In this document: in pieces, positions 8,058 through 16,870 of the stretch | Position numbering within the stretch: position 1 is the stretch's first letter | How the letters are laid out: the number at the start of each line of letters is the position of its first letter | Source: Actinomycetales bacterium | Lineage (GTDB): Bacteria; Actinomycetota; Actinomycetes; Actinomycetales; Microbacteriaceae | Length of the DNA stretch: 64,000 nt | NCBI GenBank assembly: GCA_038251725.1 | Contig: JBBSBA010000006.1 | Location: 4,308 to 68,307 of the forward strand | Reading direction: 5' to 3' | The notes under the pieces: generated by a model | What the model saw: the letters and a program-made list of their open reading frames with translations, nothing else | Databases searched by the model: none | Told to the model about the DNA's origin: nothing | Program-made: the position numbers and the translations under genes

Positions 8058-10961
8058 TCATTGCCCCGGTGCTATCACCCGGCGAACGGTTCCGTCTGTC
8101 TCAAGCACCCAGCACTGCTCGACACCGGGACGGATCGGCGGCGGCAGGATCCGGCGCGCGCTGATCGCGCGGAATTCGGCGATGCTGCACCGGTCGAAGA
8201 CCACGGGCCCGCGGGATCGCGCGCTGCCGAGAACGGCCCAGTTCGCCTGCCAGGCATCGGGATCGCCGACGACCACGCTCCGCGCGCCGGCGTCCCCGAA
8301 TTCGATCGCGCCTGGCGCAGCCGACGCCGGCCGGCCGGCCGTCAGTTCAACCACCTCGCCGATCGGCGGTTCGAGGGCGCGAAGGCGTCGGGCGAACTCG
8401 CCGGGGCGCGTCGACACCACCGCGAGCATCCGTCCGACACCGGGATCAAACGGTGCGGCCGGAGCGGTCCGGTCATCGCGGCGGGTCACGCCATCGCCGA
8501 CGGCGACCTGGACTCTCGCCCCCTGCCACTCACCGGCTCCGGGACCGGCATTCGGCGAGAATCCCGCCACGGTTCCGCCGGCCAGAAGGTGGTCCTGTCT
8601 GGTCGCGAGCCGCAGGACGAGGCGGCAGTCGCACAGCGACGCGAGCGTCTGCAACGCCGGCGGCACCCGTCTCACGGCGAGCACGAGCTGGAGCCCGACC
8701 GATGAGCCCTCGCGCGCCAGTTCCACGAGACGGTCAACGAACGCCGGCTGGTACTCCTCAGCGAACCGTCCGGCGAGGGCATCGAGGTCGTCAAGCAGCA
8801 GGATCCGCGGCCCGGCGCGCCCGGCCCGAAGCCGTCCGACCGCCTCGTTCACGACATCCCACGCCGCATCGACGGCCGCTGCGCACCGCTCGACACCGGG
8901 GGCTGCGCCGAGGGTGCGCAGAAACTCGCTCTTTCCCGACCCCTGCGCCCCGATCACGAGGAGGTTGCCGTCCCGGGGCGGGTCGTAGCGCGCGATCCGC
9001 TGCCGCTGTTGCTCTGGCAGGTCGAGAAGGCCGAATGGGATGCCCCCGTCGCCATCCCGGTCGGCCAAGCCCACGCCCGTGGCCCAGAGGCCGGCGAGCG
9101 TGACGAGGGTGGGGAGCTCATCACACCAGGGGCGTCGGACGGAGCCGGCGGCGGACGCGTGTTGCCTGGCCACCCGCGCGATATCCTCCTCGGTCGCCCG
9201 CGCCGACTGCACGAGCCTCGGCGAGTGCCCACCCGCGGACAGCCAGGCGCGACCCGGGGCGTCACCGGGCAGCGCGAGCGCATCCGCGGTGCCGATCACC
9301 GCGACGCTGTCGGCGCGGTTGTTCACCCTCAGCGACAGGCGCAGCGTGGCGTTGGCGAGCACAGCATCCCGGATCGCGCCGGCGGGGCGCTGGGTGCAGA
9401 GCACGAGATGCAGCCCGAGCGAGCGTCCGCGCGCGGCGAGATCGGCGAACAGCTCATGCAACTCAGGAAAGTCGGTGGCCATGGCGGCGAACTCGTCGAC
9501 CACGATGACGAGTCGCGGCAGACGCACCGCCGGGGCGTCGATGCTGCGGGCGCCGGCCGATGCGATGGCCCGCTCCCGGAACCTCAGTTCGGCCCGCAGG
9601 CTCAGCATCGCGCGGTGCGCGGCCCGCTCGTCGAGGTCGGTGACGACTCCGACCACGTGTGGAAGCGGGCGAAGCGGCGCGAAGGACGATCCGCCCTTGA
9701 AGTCGACCAACAGGAATGTGACGACCGAGGGAGGGTGCGAGCTCGCCATCGCGAGCACCCAGCTCACCAGGAGTTCGCTCTTGCCGGCGCCCGTGGTGCC
9801 CCCGATGACCGCGTGTGGCCCGTCGGCGACGAGGTCGATCGCGAGCGGGCCGGCGCCCGACCGGGCGAACACGCACGCGAGGCCTCCGGACGCTCCCCCG
9901 CCCGGCTCGGCACGCGGGAGGGACTCGAAGTCACCCGTCCAGACGTCGGCTGTCAGCGCTGGGGAGATGCCGCGGGCGAGCGCCGCCGCCGCCAGCAGCC
10001 GGGCGAGTTCCCCGGCCTGCGCCGTCGAGACGAATTCCGCGACCACCGCCACCGGGACCTGGCCCTGGGGCCGACGGATGACGGTGGCCGACCCGCCGGC
10101 CCCGACGTGCACCACGACACGGCACTCCCCCGGCAGGTCCTCGGCCCGGTCGGCCAGCACAATGGCCGCCGTCTCGCCGCCGGACCTCCAGCGCACTCCG
10201 CCGCCACCGAGGGACTCGGCCTCGGCTGAGGCCTGCGGAAGCTCCCGAACCCACTCAAATCCACGGCCGATCGAGGGCGCGATCGTCGCGTCCTCCGGCG
10301 AAAGCAACTGGGCGAGCTGGAGGACGATGCCCCGGGCCACCGCACCGGCAAGGGCCGGCGGGCCGCAGATGCCGAGGCCAAGACGGGCATCCACCACTAT
10401 CGGCACGCCGCTGATCGTCGCGCAGTGCTCGCGCAGCCGCTCGAGTTCGACCGTGACGTGGTCCTCGGTCGCCGGACGTGACGAGGGCAGCCCCTCGATC
10501 CGCACCGAACTCGGCGCCACGCCGAGGCCGAGCCGCACCGGCACGCCGTCGGCGGCGCACCGGCGCCACCGTTCCGGGTCACGGGCGGAGAGCGCCCACA
10601 GGTCGGCGGCCCCCGGGGAGGCACGGGCGAGCCGAACCCGCTCCTTGGCATGAAGAGCGTCGACCGCGGTGCGGGTCGCGTCGATCTCCCGGGTGAATCG
10701 CGCGTGTTCCCGCCGTCGCAGCAGTCGCCCGTGCAGGCGGCCGTCGACAATGCTCCCCAGCGCGACAACCGGACCGAGCATGGCGAAGACGAGGGCGAAC
10801 GACGACTTCGTGAGCAGCCAGATGAGGAGCGCACCGAGCACCGGCGCCATGCTCGCCACCACGGGAAAGCTGTATGGGCGTGAGGCCTCTGGAGGCCGGG
10901 GGGCGGCGATCGGCGGGGGCGGACCGGCGTCGGGAGCGGGATTCGTCACACCACACGGCAC
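8058..10961 (-). CDS. FtsK/SpoIIIE-family membrane ATPase with EccC/EssC-like architecture
   Basis: Two N-terminal TM helices; ATPase 1 GGTTGAGKS / LVIVVDEF / HLVLCTQRP; ATPase 2 GAQGSGKS / LLLDDLD; degenerate third domain. Start is GTG 10961 or 10949. Confidence 0.85.
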   Translation of the reverse strand: MPCGVTNPAPDAGPPPPIAAPRPPEASRPYSFPVVASMAPVLGALLIWLLTKSSFALVFAMLGPVVALGSIVDGRLHGRLLRRREHARFTREIDATRTAVDALHAKERVRLARASPGAADLWALSARDPERWRRCAADGVPVRLGLGVAPSSVRIEGLPSSRPATEDHVTVELERLREHCATISGVPIVVDARLGLGICGPPALAGAVARGIVLQLAQLLSPEDATIAPSIGRGFEWVRELPQASAEAESLGGGGVRWRSGGETAAIVLADRAEDLPGECRVVVHVGAGGSATVIRRPQGQVPVAVVAEFVSTAQAGELARLLAAAALARGISPALTADVWTGDFESLPRAEPGGGASGGLACVFARSGAGPLAIDLVADGPHAVIGGTTGAGKSELLVSWVLAMASSHPPSVVTFLLVDFKGGSSFAPLRPLPHVVGVVTDLDERAAHRAMLSLRAELRFRERAIASAGARSIDAPAVRLPRLVIVVDEFAAMATDFPELHELFADLAARGRSLGLHLVLCTQRPAGAIRDAVLANATLRLSLRVNNRADSVAVIGTADALALPGDAPGRAWLSAGGHSPRLVQSARATEEDIARVARQHASAAGSVRRPWCDELPTLVTLAGLWATGVGLADRDGDGGIPFGLLDLPEQQRQRIARYDPPRDGNLLVIGAQGSGKSEFLRTLGAAPGVERCAAAVDAAWDVVNEAVGRLRAGRAGPRILLLDDLDALAGRFAEEYQPAFVDRLVELAREGSSVGLQLVLAVRRVPPALQTLASLCDCRLVLRLATRQDHLLAGGTVAGFSPNAGPGAGEWQGARVQVAVGDGVTRRDDRTAPAAPFDPGVGRMLAVVSTRPGEFARRLRALEPPIGEVVELTAGRPASAAPGAIEFGDAGARSVVVGDPDAWQANWAVLGSARSRGPVVFDRCSIAEFRAISARRILPPPIRPGVEQCWVLETDGTVRRVIAPGQ

Positions 10962-10964
10962 GCA

Positions 10965-10991
10965 GCCGCGGCCTCCTCGGGAGGCCGCGGC
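10965..10991. other. Perfect 12-bp hairpin immediately upstream of the FtsK-like gene
   Basis: GCCGCGGCCTCC-TCG-GGAGGCCGCGGC. Confidence 0.7.
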
Positions 10992-11082
10992 AGCCGCATC
11001 TCGGGAGGAAGGCGAGAGGCAGGCGACGGTCGAGGAGAGGTGCCAAGGCCCGGGGATGTCGGGCGGAACCCGAGCGAAGCGG

Positions 11083-12012
11083 TCAGCTGACGATGAAGAA
11101 CTGCTCGCCGATCTCCACGCGTGTTCCGCGGCTCAGCCGGTACCGCCTGTTGGGCTGGCAGCGCACCGCGGCCGAATCGGGCTCGCGGATGATCGTGCCG
11201 TTTCCCGAGAACCGGTCCATGATCCAGAAAATGCCGCCATCCTGCCCGAACTCGAGGTGTACCTTCGAGACCGATCGGCTGGGGTCGAGCACGCGAACGA
11301 GTTGATCGAAATATTCGTTGGGCTCGGACCGCGGGTTGCGCCCGATGAGGCCCGTGCCATAGACGGTGAAGCTCTCCCCCGTGCTGAACTGCAGAACGAA
11401 GCGTTCTCCCGTGCGGCCAGCCCGAGAGATTCGTGTGGCCTCGAGGTCCGCGGATTCGTCGAACGGTGCGGCCCGTGACGCGCCGGACTCGACGAACACC
11501 GGACTCGCGGGCGCCGGACTCGCGGGCGCGGGACTGGTGGGCGCGGTCGGCGGCGGAGCCGCGAGCGGGATGACCGATTCGGGCATTGCGTTGGCGCTCC
11601 CGGACCGCGTGGCCGCCTCGAAGTCGGGCACGCGGTCGACCAGTCGCGGAATGGGAGCTTTCGGGATGGCGGGCGCCCGCGGCACCGGCACCGGCACCGG
11701 CACCGGCACCGGCACGATGATGGCGGTGTCCCGGGAACTCCCGAAGTCCTCGCTTGCCGCCCGCGAGACGAATCCGCACTCACCACAGAAGATATCGTCC
11801 TGTGCCATGGGGGCGCCGCACTGCGCGCAGGTCGGGATGCCGATGCCGTTGGCACCCGGCTCGACCAGACTGGGAACGGCGATCCCGGCGCCGTCCGGGT
11901 CAACGCCGGGACGAGAGTCCCCTCGATGCGAGTAGTCGGCGACCGCACGGCCGCACTCACCGCAGAAGAGCGCGCCGGCGGGCAGCTCGGTGCCGCAATA
12001 GGTGCACGTCAC
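11083..12012 (-). CDS. Double zinc-ribbon + Pro-rich linker + FHA domain protein
   Basis: CTYC..FCGECG and CAQC..FCGECG; FHA motifs IGRNP, SVSKVH, SGNGT. Confidence 0.88.
   Translation of the reverse strand: MTCTYCGTELPAGALFCGECGRAVADYSHRGDSRPGVDPDGAGIAVPSLVEPGANGIGIPTCAQCGAPMAQDDIFCGECGFVSRAASEDFGSSRDTAIIVPVPVPVPVPVPRAPAIPKAPIPRLVDRVPDFEAATRSGSANAMPESVIPLAAPPPTAPTSPAPASPAPASPVFVESGASRAAPFDESADLEATRISRAGRTGERFVLQFSTGESFTVYGTGLIGRNPRSEPNEYFDQLVRVLDPSRSVSKVHLEFGQDGGIFWIMDRFSGNGTIIREPDSAAVRCQPNRRYRLSRGTRVEIGEQFFIVS
11681..11716. repeat. Hexamer tandem repeat (GGCACC)5 + GGCACG encoding a Val-Pro run
   Basis: Six in-frame units read directly in the linker of the zinc-ribbon FHA gene. Confidence 0.9.
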
Positions 12013-12042
12013 CTGTCAACTCCCCCCACGGTGTCGATGCGA

Positions 12043-14445
12043 CTATCTCTTGAACAGTCTCTTGACACTATATCCACCGAGTGAACGCAGCGAGATCGCC
12101 GCCTTGATGCGCTCCCACCGGCTGCGTGAGTCGCTCATCGAGTGCCGCAGGTCGGTGACCGCACGCCACACCTGGTCTGCCTCGTCCTGGCCTGGTTCGT
12201 CGGGCGAGAACACCGCGCGATCGGCCACCGCGGCCAGCACCAGCGACGGCAGCCCGCCGGCGGTCGCGGCCACCTCGGTTCGGGTGGGTGAGACCGGCGG
12301 CTCGAAACCGTGGTCGACGACGGCGTCGGCGAATTCCTGCCAGCCGCCGCTGATCCGCTGGATGGCGGTCGGCGCCCGTCGGCGCAGGATTCGTCTCCGG
12401 AGCTTCGCCGCGACGATCGCGAGAAAGGGCGCAAGCACGATGGCGACGGCCAGCGCGATCCAGGCCGAGACCTGGAGCACAACGAGAAGAACGGCAAGCA
12501 GTGGGTTGCCCTTCGCCGTCTGGTCCTGCGTGCTGTCTGGCGGGGGCTGCGCGTTGTGGCTGGCCGGCGGCTCCACCGGGGGCTGCACCGGCGACTGTGG
12601 GCGGGCGATCGACGTCGGCAACTGCGCCTGGTCGGGTGGGATGACGCGCACCGGCGGGGTCGGATCGATCGTGACCCAGCCGAAGCGAGCCGTATCCACC
12701 TCGATCCAGGCCGAGATGTCCTTGCCGAGCACCTCGGTCGGACCCTGCGTGTTCACCGCGGGCACGAATCCGAAGACGACCCGGGCGGGGAAGCCGAGCT
12801 GACGCGCCATGAGGGCGGCGGTAACCGAGTACTGCTCCTGGTCTCCGATCATGACCTGGTCGGTGAGCAGTTGGGTGATGCGGTCGGCCGCATGGCCGGA
12901 CCGGCTCGCCGGCTGCTGCGGGTCGACACCATGGCTGATGTAGCCGGTGCGCTTGAGGGCGGCGATCATGGCGGTCAGGCGGGCGCCCGGGCTCGTCTCC
13001 GAGCGGGTCCACGCATCGAGCGTCGACGTGAGCTGGTCGGGCAGGGCCGCCGTCCGCGGCACGCTTGACGTGCCCGGTCGGAGGGTCGCGAGCTGGTTCT
13101 CGGTGGGCTGGCGCGGCACCAGGGCGTCGAGCGTGTAATTGTCACCGGAGTGCAGTTGCTGCACGACGGCGGCAGTGCCGCTCGTGTCGTTGTAGTAGAA
13201 CGAATCGCGAAGTGCCGACGCATCCGATCCCGAGAACGTCACGCTCTCGAACTTGCCGATGGTGGGCAGCCAGACGCCGGTGTAGTCGCCGACGGTCACA
13301 TGCAGCGACACGGTCGAGCCGACCGTGCCGGATTGGTTGAAGGTCGACGGCACCCGGGTGAACGAACCCGATTCGCTTGAGACCGCCGCGCTGCCGACCG
13401 AGTAGACGATGCCGTCGTAGGTGTCGAGGGTCGCGATGCGGATGCGGTCCCCGTTCGACAGTCCGCTCACCGTGAGCATGGTGGCATTCGCCTGAGCCGG
13501 CTCCTCGTAGAAACGGAACCCGCTGAGCGGGCTCGCGTACACCCGCGGGTTGAAAGGCTGCACGATGGCGTCACGGAGCACTTGCCGGTGCGCCGTTGGG
13601 GGCAGGGCGATCGTCGCTCCGACCGCGCCTCCGGCGGCGAGCAGCACAATGAGCCCGGCTCCGAGAATCGTGCGGAATCCGGCGAAGCTCGTGTCCGCTG
13701 CGGTTTCGAGTGGTCGCCCGTCGGCGTCGAGGGCCCGGGCGGCGAGAATCCGGATTGACGCGCGCCGACGGTACCAGCGCCGCCACACCAGCCAGCCGAG
13801 CGAGGTCGCGAGCAGCCCGAGCGAGAGTTCGAGCGGCCAGGTCGCCGTGTCGGGCCCGAAGATGAGCGCGGTGATGAACAGGGCGATCGGGGCGAGGACG
13901 CCGAGCTCGCCCCAGCGCGCGCGAAGCCCGACCGACAGTCCGACGACGGTCGTGACGAGCACGAGGATGAAGGCGGGCACGAGAAGCGACTGGTAGGAAC
14001 CGACCGGGAGGGTGATCGTCAGCAGTTGCTTCCAGCTGAGCGCGGTCGCCCGCAGCAGGTCGAGTTCGCCCTGCACCGTCGGAAGCACGCCGTAGATCGC
14101 CTCGTCCGGCACCGCGAGCGGCACGCCGAACAGGAGGTAGACCACGGCGGTCGCCAGTGTGAGGGTGAGGGTCGACCATCGCTTGATGGCCCCGAAGAGG
14201 GCGACGGCCGAGCCGAGCAGGATGCTTGCCGCGATCAGCATCACGAGCCGGGAACCCTGGTAAATGGGCCAGAGCGCGGCGGACGCGACCGCGATGGTGA
14301 GCCACGCCAACGCCGTGGTGGCGGCGGCGAACCCGGGCGAGAGTGGCGCAACACCGCGGGCGCGTCTCCGCGCGCGGCGGCGCACCTCTACGCGGGAGCG
14401 GCGCTTGCTGTCGATGCGTCGAACGCTGTCGGATCCGCTACTCAT
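12043..14445 (-). CDS. Multi-TM transglutaminase-like domain protein (TgpA-like), predicted catalytically degenerate
   Basis: About 7 N-terminal TM helices; core GDQEQY..MARQLGFPARVVFGF..SAWIEV..GWVTIDPTP; Pro-rich linker and a further TM helix. Confidence 0.85.
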   Translation of the reverse strand: MSSGSDSVRRIDSKRRSRVEVRRRARRRARGVAPLSPGFAAATTALAWLTIAVASAALWPIYQGSRLVMLIAASILLGSAVALFGAIKRWSTLTLTLATAVVYLLFGVPLAVPDEAIYGVLPTVQGELDLLRATALSWKQLLTITLPVGSYQSLLVPAFILVLVTTVVGLSVGLRARWGELGVLAPIALFITALIFGPDTATWPLELSLGLLATSLGWLVWRRWYRRRASIRILAARALDADGRPLETAADTSFAGFRTILGAGLIVLLAAGGAVGATIALPPTAHRQVLRDAIVQPFNPRVYASPLSGFRFYEEPAQANATMLTVSGLSNGDRIRIATLDTYDGIVYSVGSAAVSSESGSFTRVPSTFNQSGTVGSTVSLHVTVGDYTGVWLPTIGKFESVTFSGSDASALRDSFYYNDTSGTAAVVQQLHSGDNYTLDALVPRQPTENQLATLRPGTSSVPRTAALPDQLTSTLDAWTRSETSPGARLTAMIAALKRTGYISHGVDPQQPASRSGHAADRITQLLTDQVMIGDQEQYSVTAALMARQLGFPARVVFGFVPAVNTQGPTEVLGKDISAWIEVDTARFGWVTIDPTPPVRVIPPDQAQLPTSIARPQSPVQPPVEPPASHNAQPPPDSTQDQTAKGNPLLAVLLVVLQVSAWIALAVAIVLAPFLAIVAAKLRRRILRRRAPTAIQRISGGWQEFADAVVDHGFEPPVSPTRTEVAATAGGLPSLVLAAVADRAVFSPDEPGQDEADQVWRAVTDLRHSMSDSRSRWERIKAAISLRSLGGYSVKRLFKR

Positions 14446-15866
14446 ACTGCCGCCGACCGGGCAAGAGACTTCTGCAGTTCTTCGAGATACCCGATGGTCA
14501 ACACGCTCAGTCCGGCCACGCGGCGCAGCCCAGGCACGATATCCGGATCGCAGACGACGGCCACGACCTCGACTCCGGGCGGGAACTTGGTCGATGCCGC
14601 CCGCAGTTCCGTAACGGTCGTGAGCGATCCGCAGATGAGAAAGGCCACGGAGATGCCGGTGACCTCGTCGGCGGCCACGCGCGCGACATCCGTCATCCCG
14701 AGCGCCGACTCCTCGTGCTCGACGACGGCGAGGTCATCGAGCAGGCGCGTCCGGGTGAGTGTGTTGAGATGGCGCACGGCAAGCACCTTGCGTTTGGCGA
14801 ACTCCGCCGTCTTCTCGCCCACCACGACGGCCACGTTGCGGGCATCCTGGATGGCACGGGCCCCGAGCGAACCGGCAACGCTCACCGCCATTTCGAACTC
14901 GTCTTCCGTGGCATAGTCCGAAGAGGCGAGGCTCAGCGCGATCATGAGGTGGCTCCGCCGGGTCTCTTCGAATTGGCGCACCATATACCGGCCGGTCTTC
15001 GCGGTGCTCTTCCAGTGGATGAACCGACGCTCGTCCCCGGGAATGTATTCGCGCAGCGCATGGAAGGACACATCGCTGTTCGACAGGTCCCGGGTGGGGT
15101 TGCCCTCGAGGTCGCGCACGAAGCCGGTGCTGGTCGAGGGGATTCCGATGGTGCGGGGGTGGATGAACAGTTCCGTGGACTCGGTCCAGACCAGCTCACG
15201 GCGGACCAGGCCGACCGGGTCGGCACGCACCGTGCGAACCGGGCCGATCGAGAGAATCCCCCGGCGGGCCGTGGGAACCGGGAATTCGTGGCTGAAGGTC
15301 GCGCCCCGCGAGAGCCCTGGCATGGCGATCTCGGTCAGCCCGCGCCCGATCGGCACCTCAACCTTCACTCCGATGAGGCGATGACGGGTGGGATTCTGCA
15401 CGGTGATCAGCCCGGTGGCCCGCTCGCCGACGACCACGCGGCTGTGCGGAACGCTGAGCTGGATGAGGAAGGCATTCCGGCCGATGAGGTAGATCGCGGC
15501 GACAACGACCAGCACGGTTCCGGCCCAGGCCACGGCCACGAGCTCGACCCAGCCGAGGATGTAGCCGCACAGGAACGCCAACGGCACGATCACGAGCATC
15601 GCCCAGCCGAGCGGGGTGACCACGGTAGAAACGCGACCGAGCCACTGGCCGGTCAATCCGCCGATCGCCCGGGCGAAGCGGACGAGAATGATGATGGCGT
15701 CGGCGAGGAACCCGGTGCGGGCGCCGACGATGCGGGTGCGCGCGTTGGTGAGCCCCGTGGTGGCCGTTCTGTGCGGGGAGGTCGCCGAGGCACGCGACGG
15801 GTGTGCGGACTGGCCTCGCGCCGCGCCGGACGCCGCCGGGGGCACCGACCCGCTCCGATTGCTCAC
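14442..15866 (-). CDS. DUF58 domain protein with N-terminal TM helices
   Basis: FHALREYIPGDERRFIHWKSTAK, MVRQFE; directly follows MoxR; start and stop overlap both neighbours. Confidence 0.9.
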   Translation of the reverse strand: MSNRSGSVPPAASGAARGQSAHPSRASATSPHRTATTGLTNARTRIVGARTGFLADAIIILVRFARAIGGLTGQWLGRVSTVVTPLGWAMLVIVPLAFLCGYILGWVELVAVAWAGTVLVVVAAIYLIGRNAFLIQLSVPHSRVVVGERATGLITVQNPTRHRLIGVKVEVPIGRGLTEIAMPGLSRGATFSHEFPVPTARRGILSIGPVRTVRADPVGLVRRELVWTESTELFIHPRTIGIPSTSTGFVRDLEGNPTRDLSNSDVSFHALREYIPGDERRFIHWKSTAKTGRYMVRQFEETRRSHLMIALSLASSDYATEDEFEMAVSVAGSLGARAIQDARNVAVVVGEKTAEFAKRKVLAVRHLNTLTRTRLLDDLAVVEHEESALGMTDVARVAADEVTGISVAFLICGSLTTVTELRAASTKFPPGVEVVAVVCDPDIVPGLRRVAGLSVLTIGYLEELQKSLARSAAV

Positions 15867-16834
15867 ACCGCTTGCCTGTCACTCGGCGGCGGCGTCTCGA
15901 TGAGAAGCTGGCTGATGATGCTCGACGCGGTCACGCCGTCGAATTCAGCCTCGGGGTCCAGCACGAGGCGATGGGCGAGCACCGGTTCGGCCAGTGCCTT
16001 CACGTCATCCGGAATCACGTAGTGTCGGCCGTTCGCCGCCGCGAGCGTCTTCGCCGTGCGGATGAGCGCGAGCGCGCCGCGCACGCTCACGCCGAGGCGC
16101 ACCTCGGTGGCGGACCTGGTGGCCTCGACGAGACGCGAGACATAGTCGTTGATCGAGGGGTCGACGTGCACGGTGCGCGCGAGCGCGCCCATCTCGACGA
16201 TGACCTCGTCGGTGACGATGGGCGGAAGGATCGTGTCGTGCGCCTTGACGCCCGCCCCCTCGAGAATTCGCACGGTCGAGGCGTGGTCGGGGTAGCCGAT
16301 CGACGCCTTCATGATGAAGCGGTCGAGCTGTGCCTCCGGAAGTCGGTAGGTGCCGGCCTGTTCGATCGGATTCTGGGTGGCGATCACCATGAACGGGGCA
16401 CCGACGTCGTGTGAGATGCCGTCCACCGTGACGCGGCTCTCCTCCATCACCTCGAGCAGGGCCGACTGGGTCTTCGGGCTGGCCCGGTTGATCTCGTCGG
16501 CAAGCACGATGTGGGCGAATACCGGCCCACGGTGAAACTCGAATTCGCCGACGCCCTGGTCGTAGATGCTGACGCCGGTGATGTCGCCGGGGAGCAGGTC
16601 GGGGGTGAACTGGATGCGGCTCGTCGTTCCCTTGACGCTCTGCGCCATGGCTCGCGCGAGCGACGTCTTGCCCGTTCCGGGGAAGTCTTCGAGCAGCAGG
16701 TGGCCCTCGCTCAGCAGGGCGGTGAACGACAGCTTGATGACGAAGGTCTTGCCGAGCAGCACCTGGTCGACGTTCGCCACGAGGCGATTGAAGATGTCGG
16801 AAAACCAGGCCGCCTGCTCAGGTGTCATCGTCAT
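15863..16834 (-). CDS. MoxR-family AAA+ ATPase
   Basis: EDFPGTGKT, RIQFTPDLLPGDITG, LADEINRASPKTQSALLE, ATQNPIE, LPEAQLDRF. Confidence 0.95.
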   Translation of the reverse strand: MTMTPEQAAWFSDIFNRLVANVDQVLLGKTFVIKLSFTALLSEGHLLLEDFPGTGKTSLARAMAQSVKGTTSRIQFTPDLLPGDITGVSIYDQGVGEFEFHRGPVFAHIVLADEINRASPKTQSALLEVMEESRVTVDGISHDVGAPFMVIATQNPIEQAGTYRLPEAQLDRFIMKASIGYPDHASTVRILEGAGVKAHDTILPPIVTDEVIVEMGALARTVHVDPSINDYVSRLVEATRSATEVRLGVSVRGALALIRTAKTLAAANGRHYVIPDDVKALAEPVLAHRLVLDPEAEFDGVTASSIISQLLIETPPPSDRQAV

Positions 16835-16870
16835 GCGGTTACCTCTCGTGATTGCTGCGGAATCCGCGGG

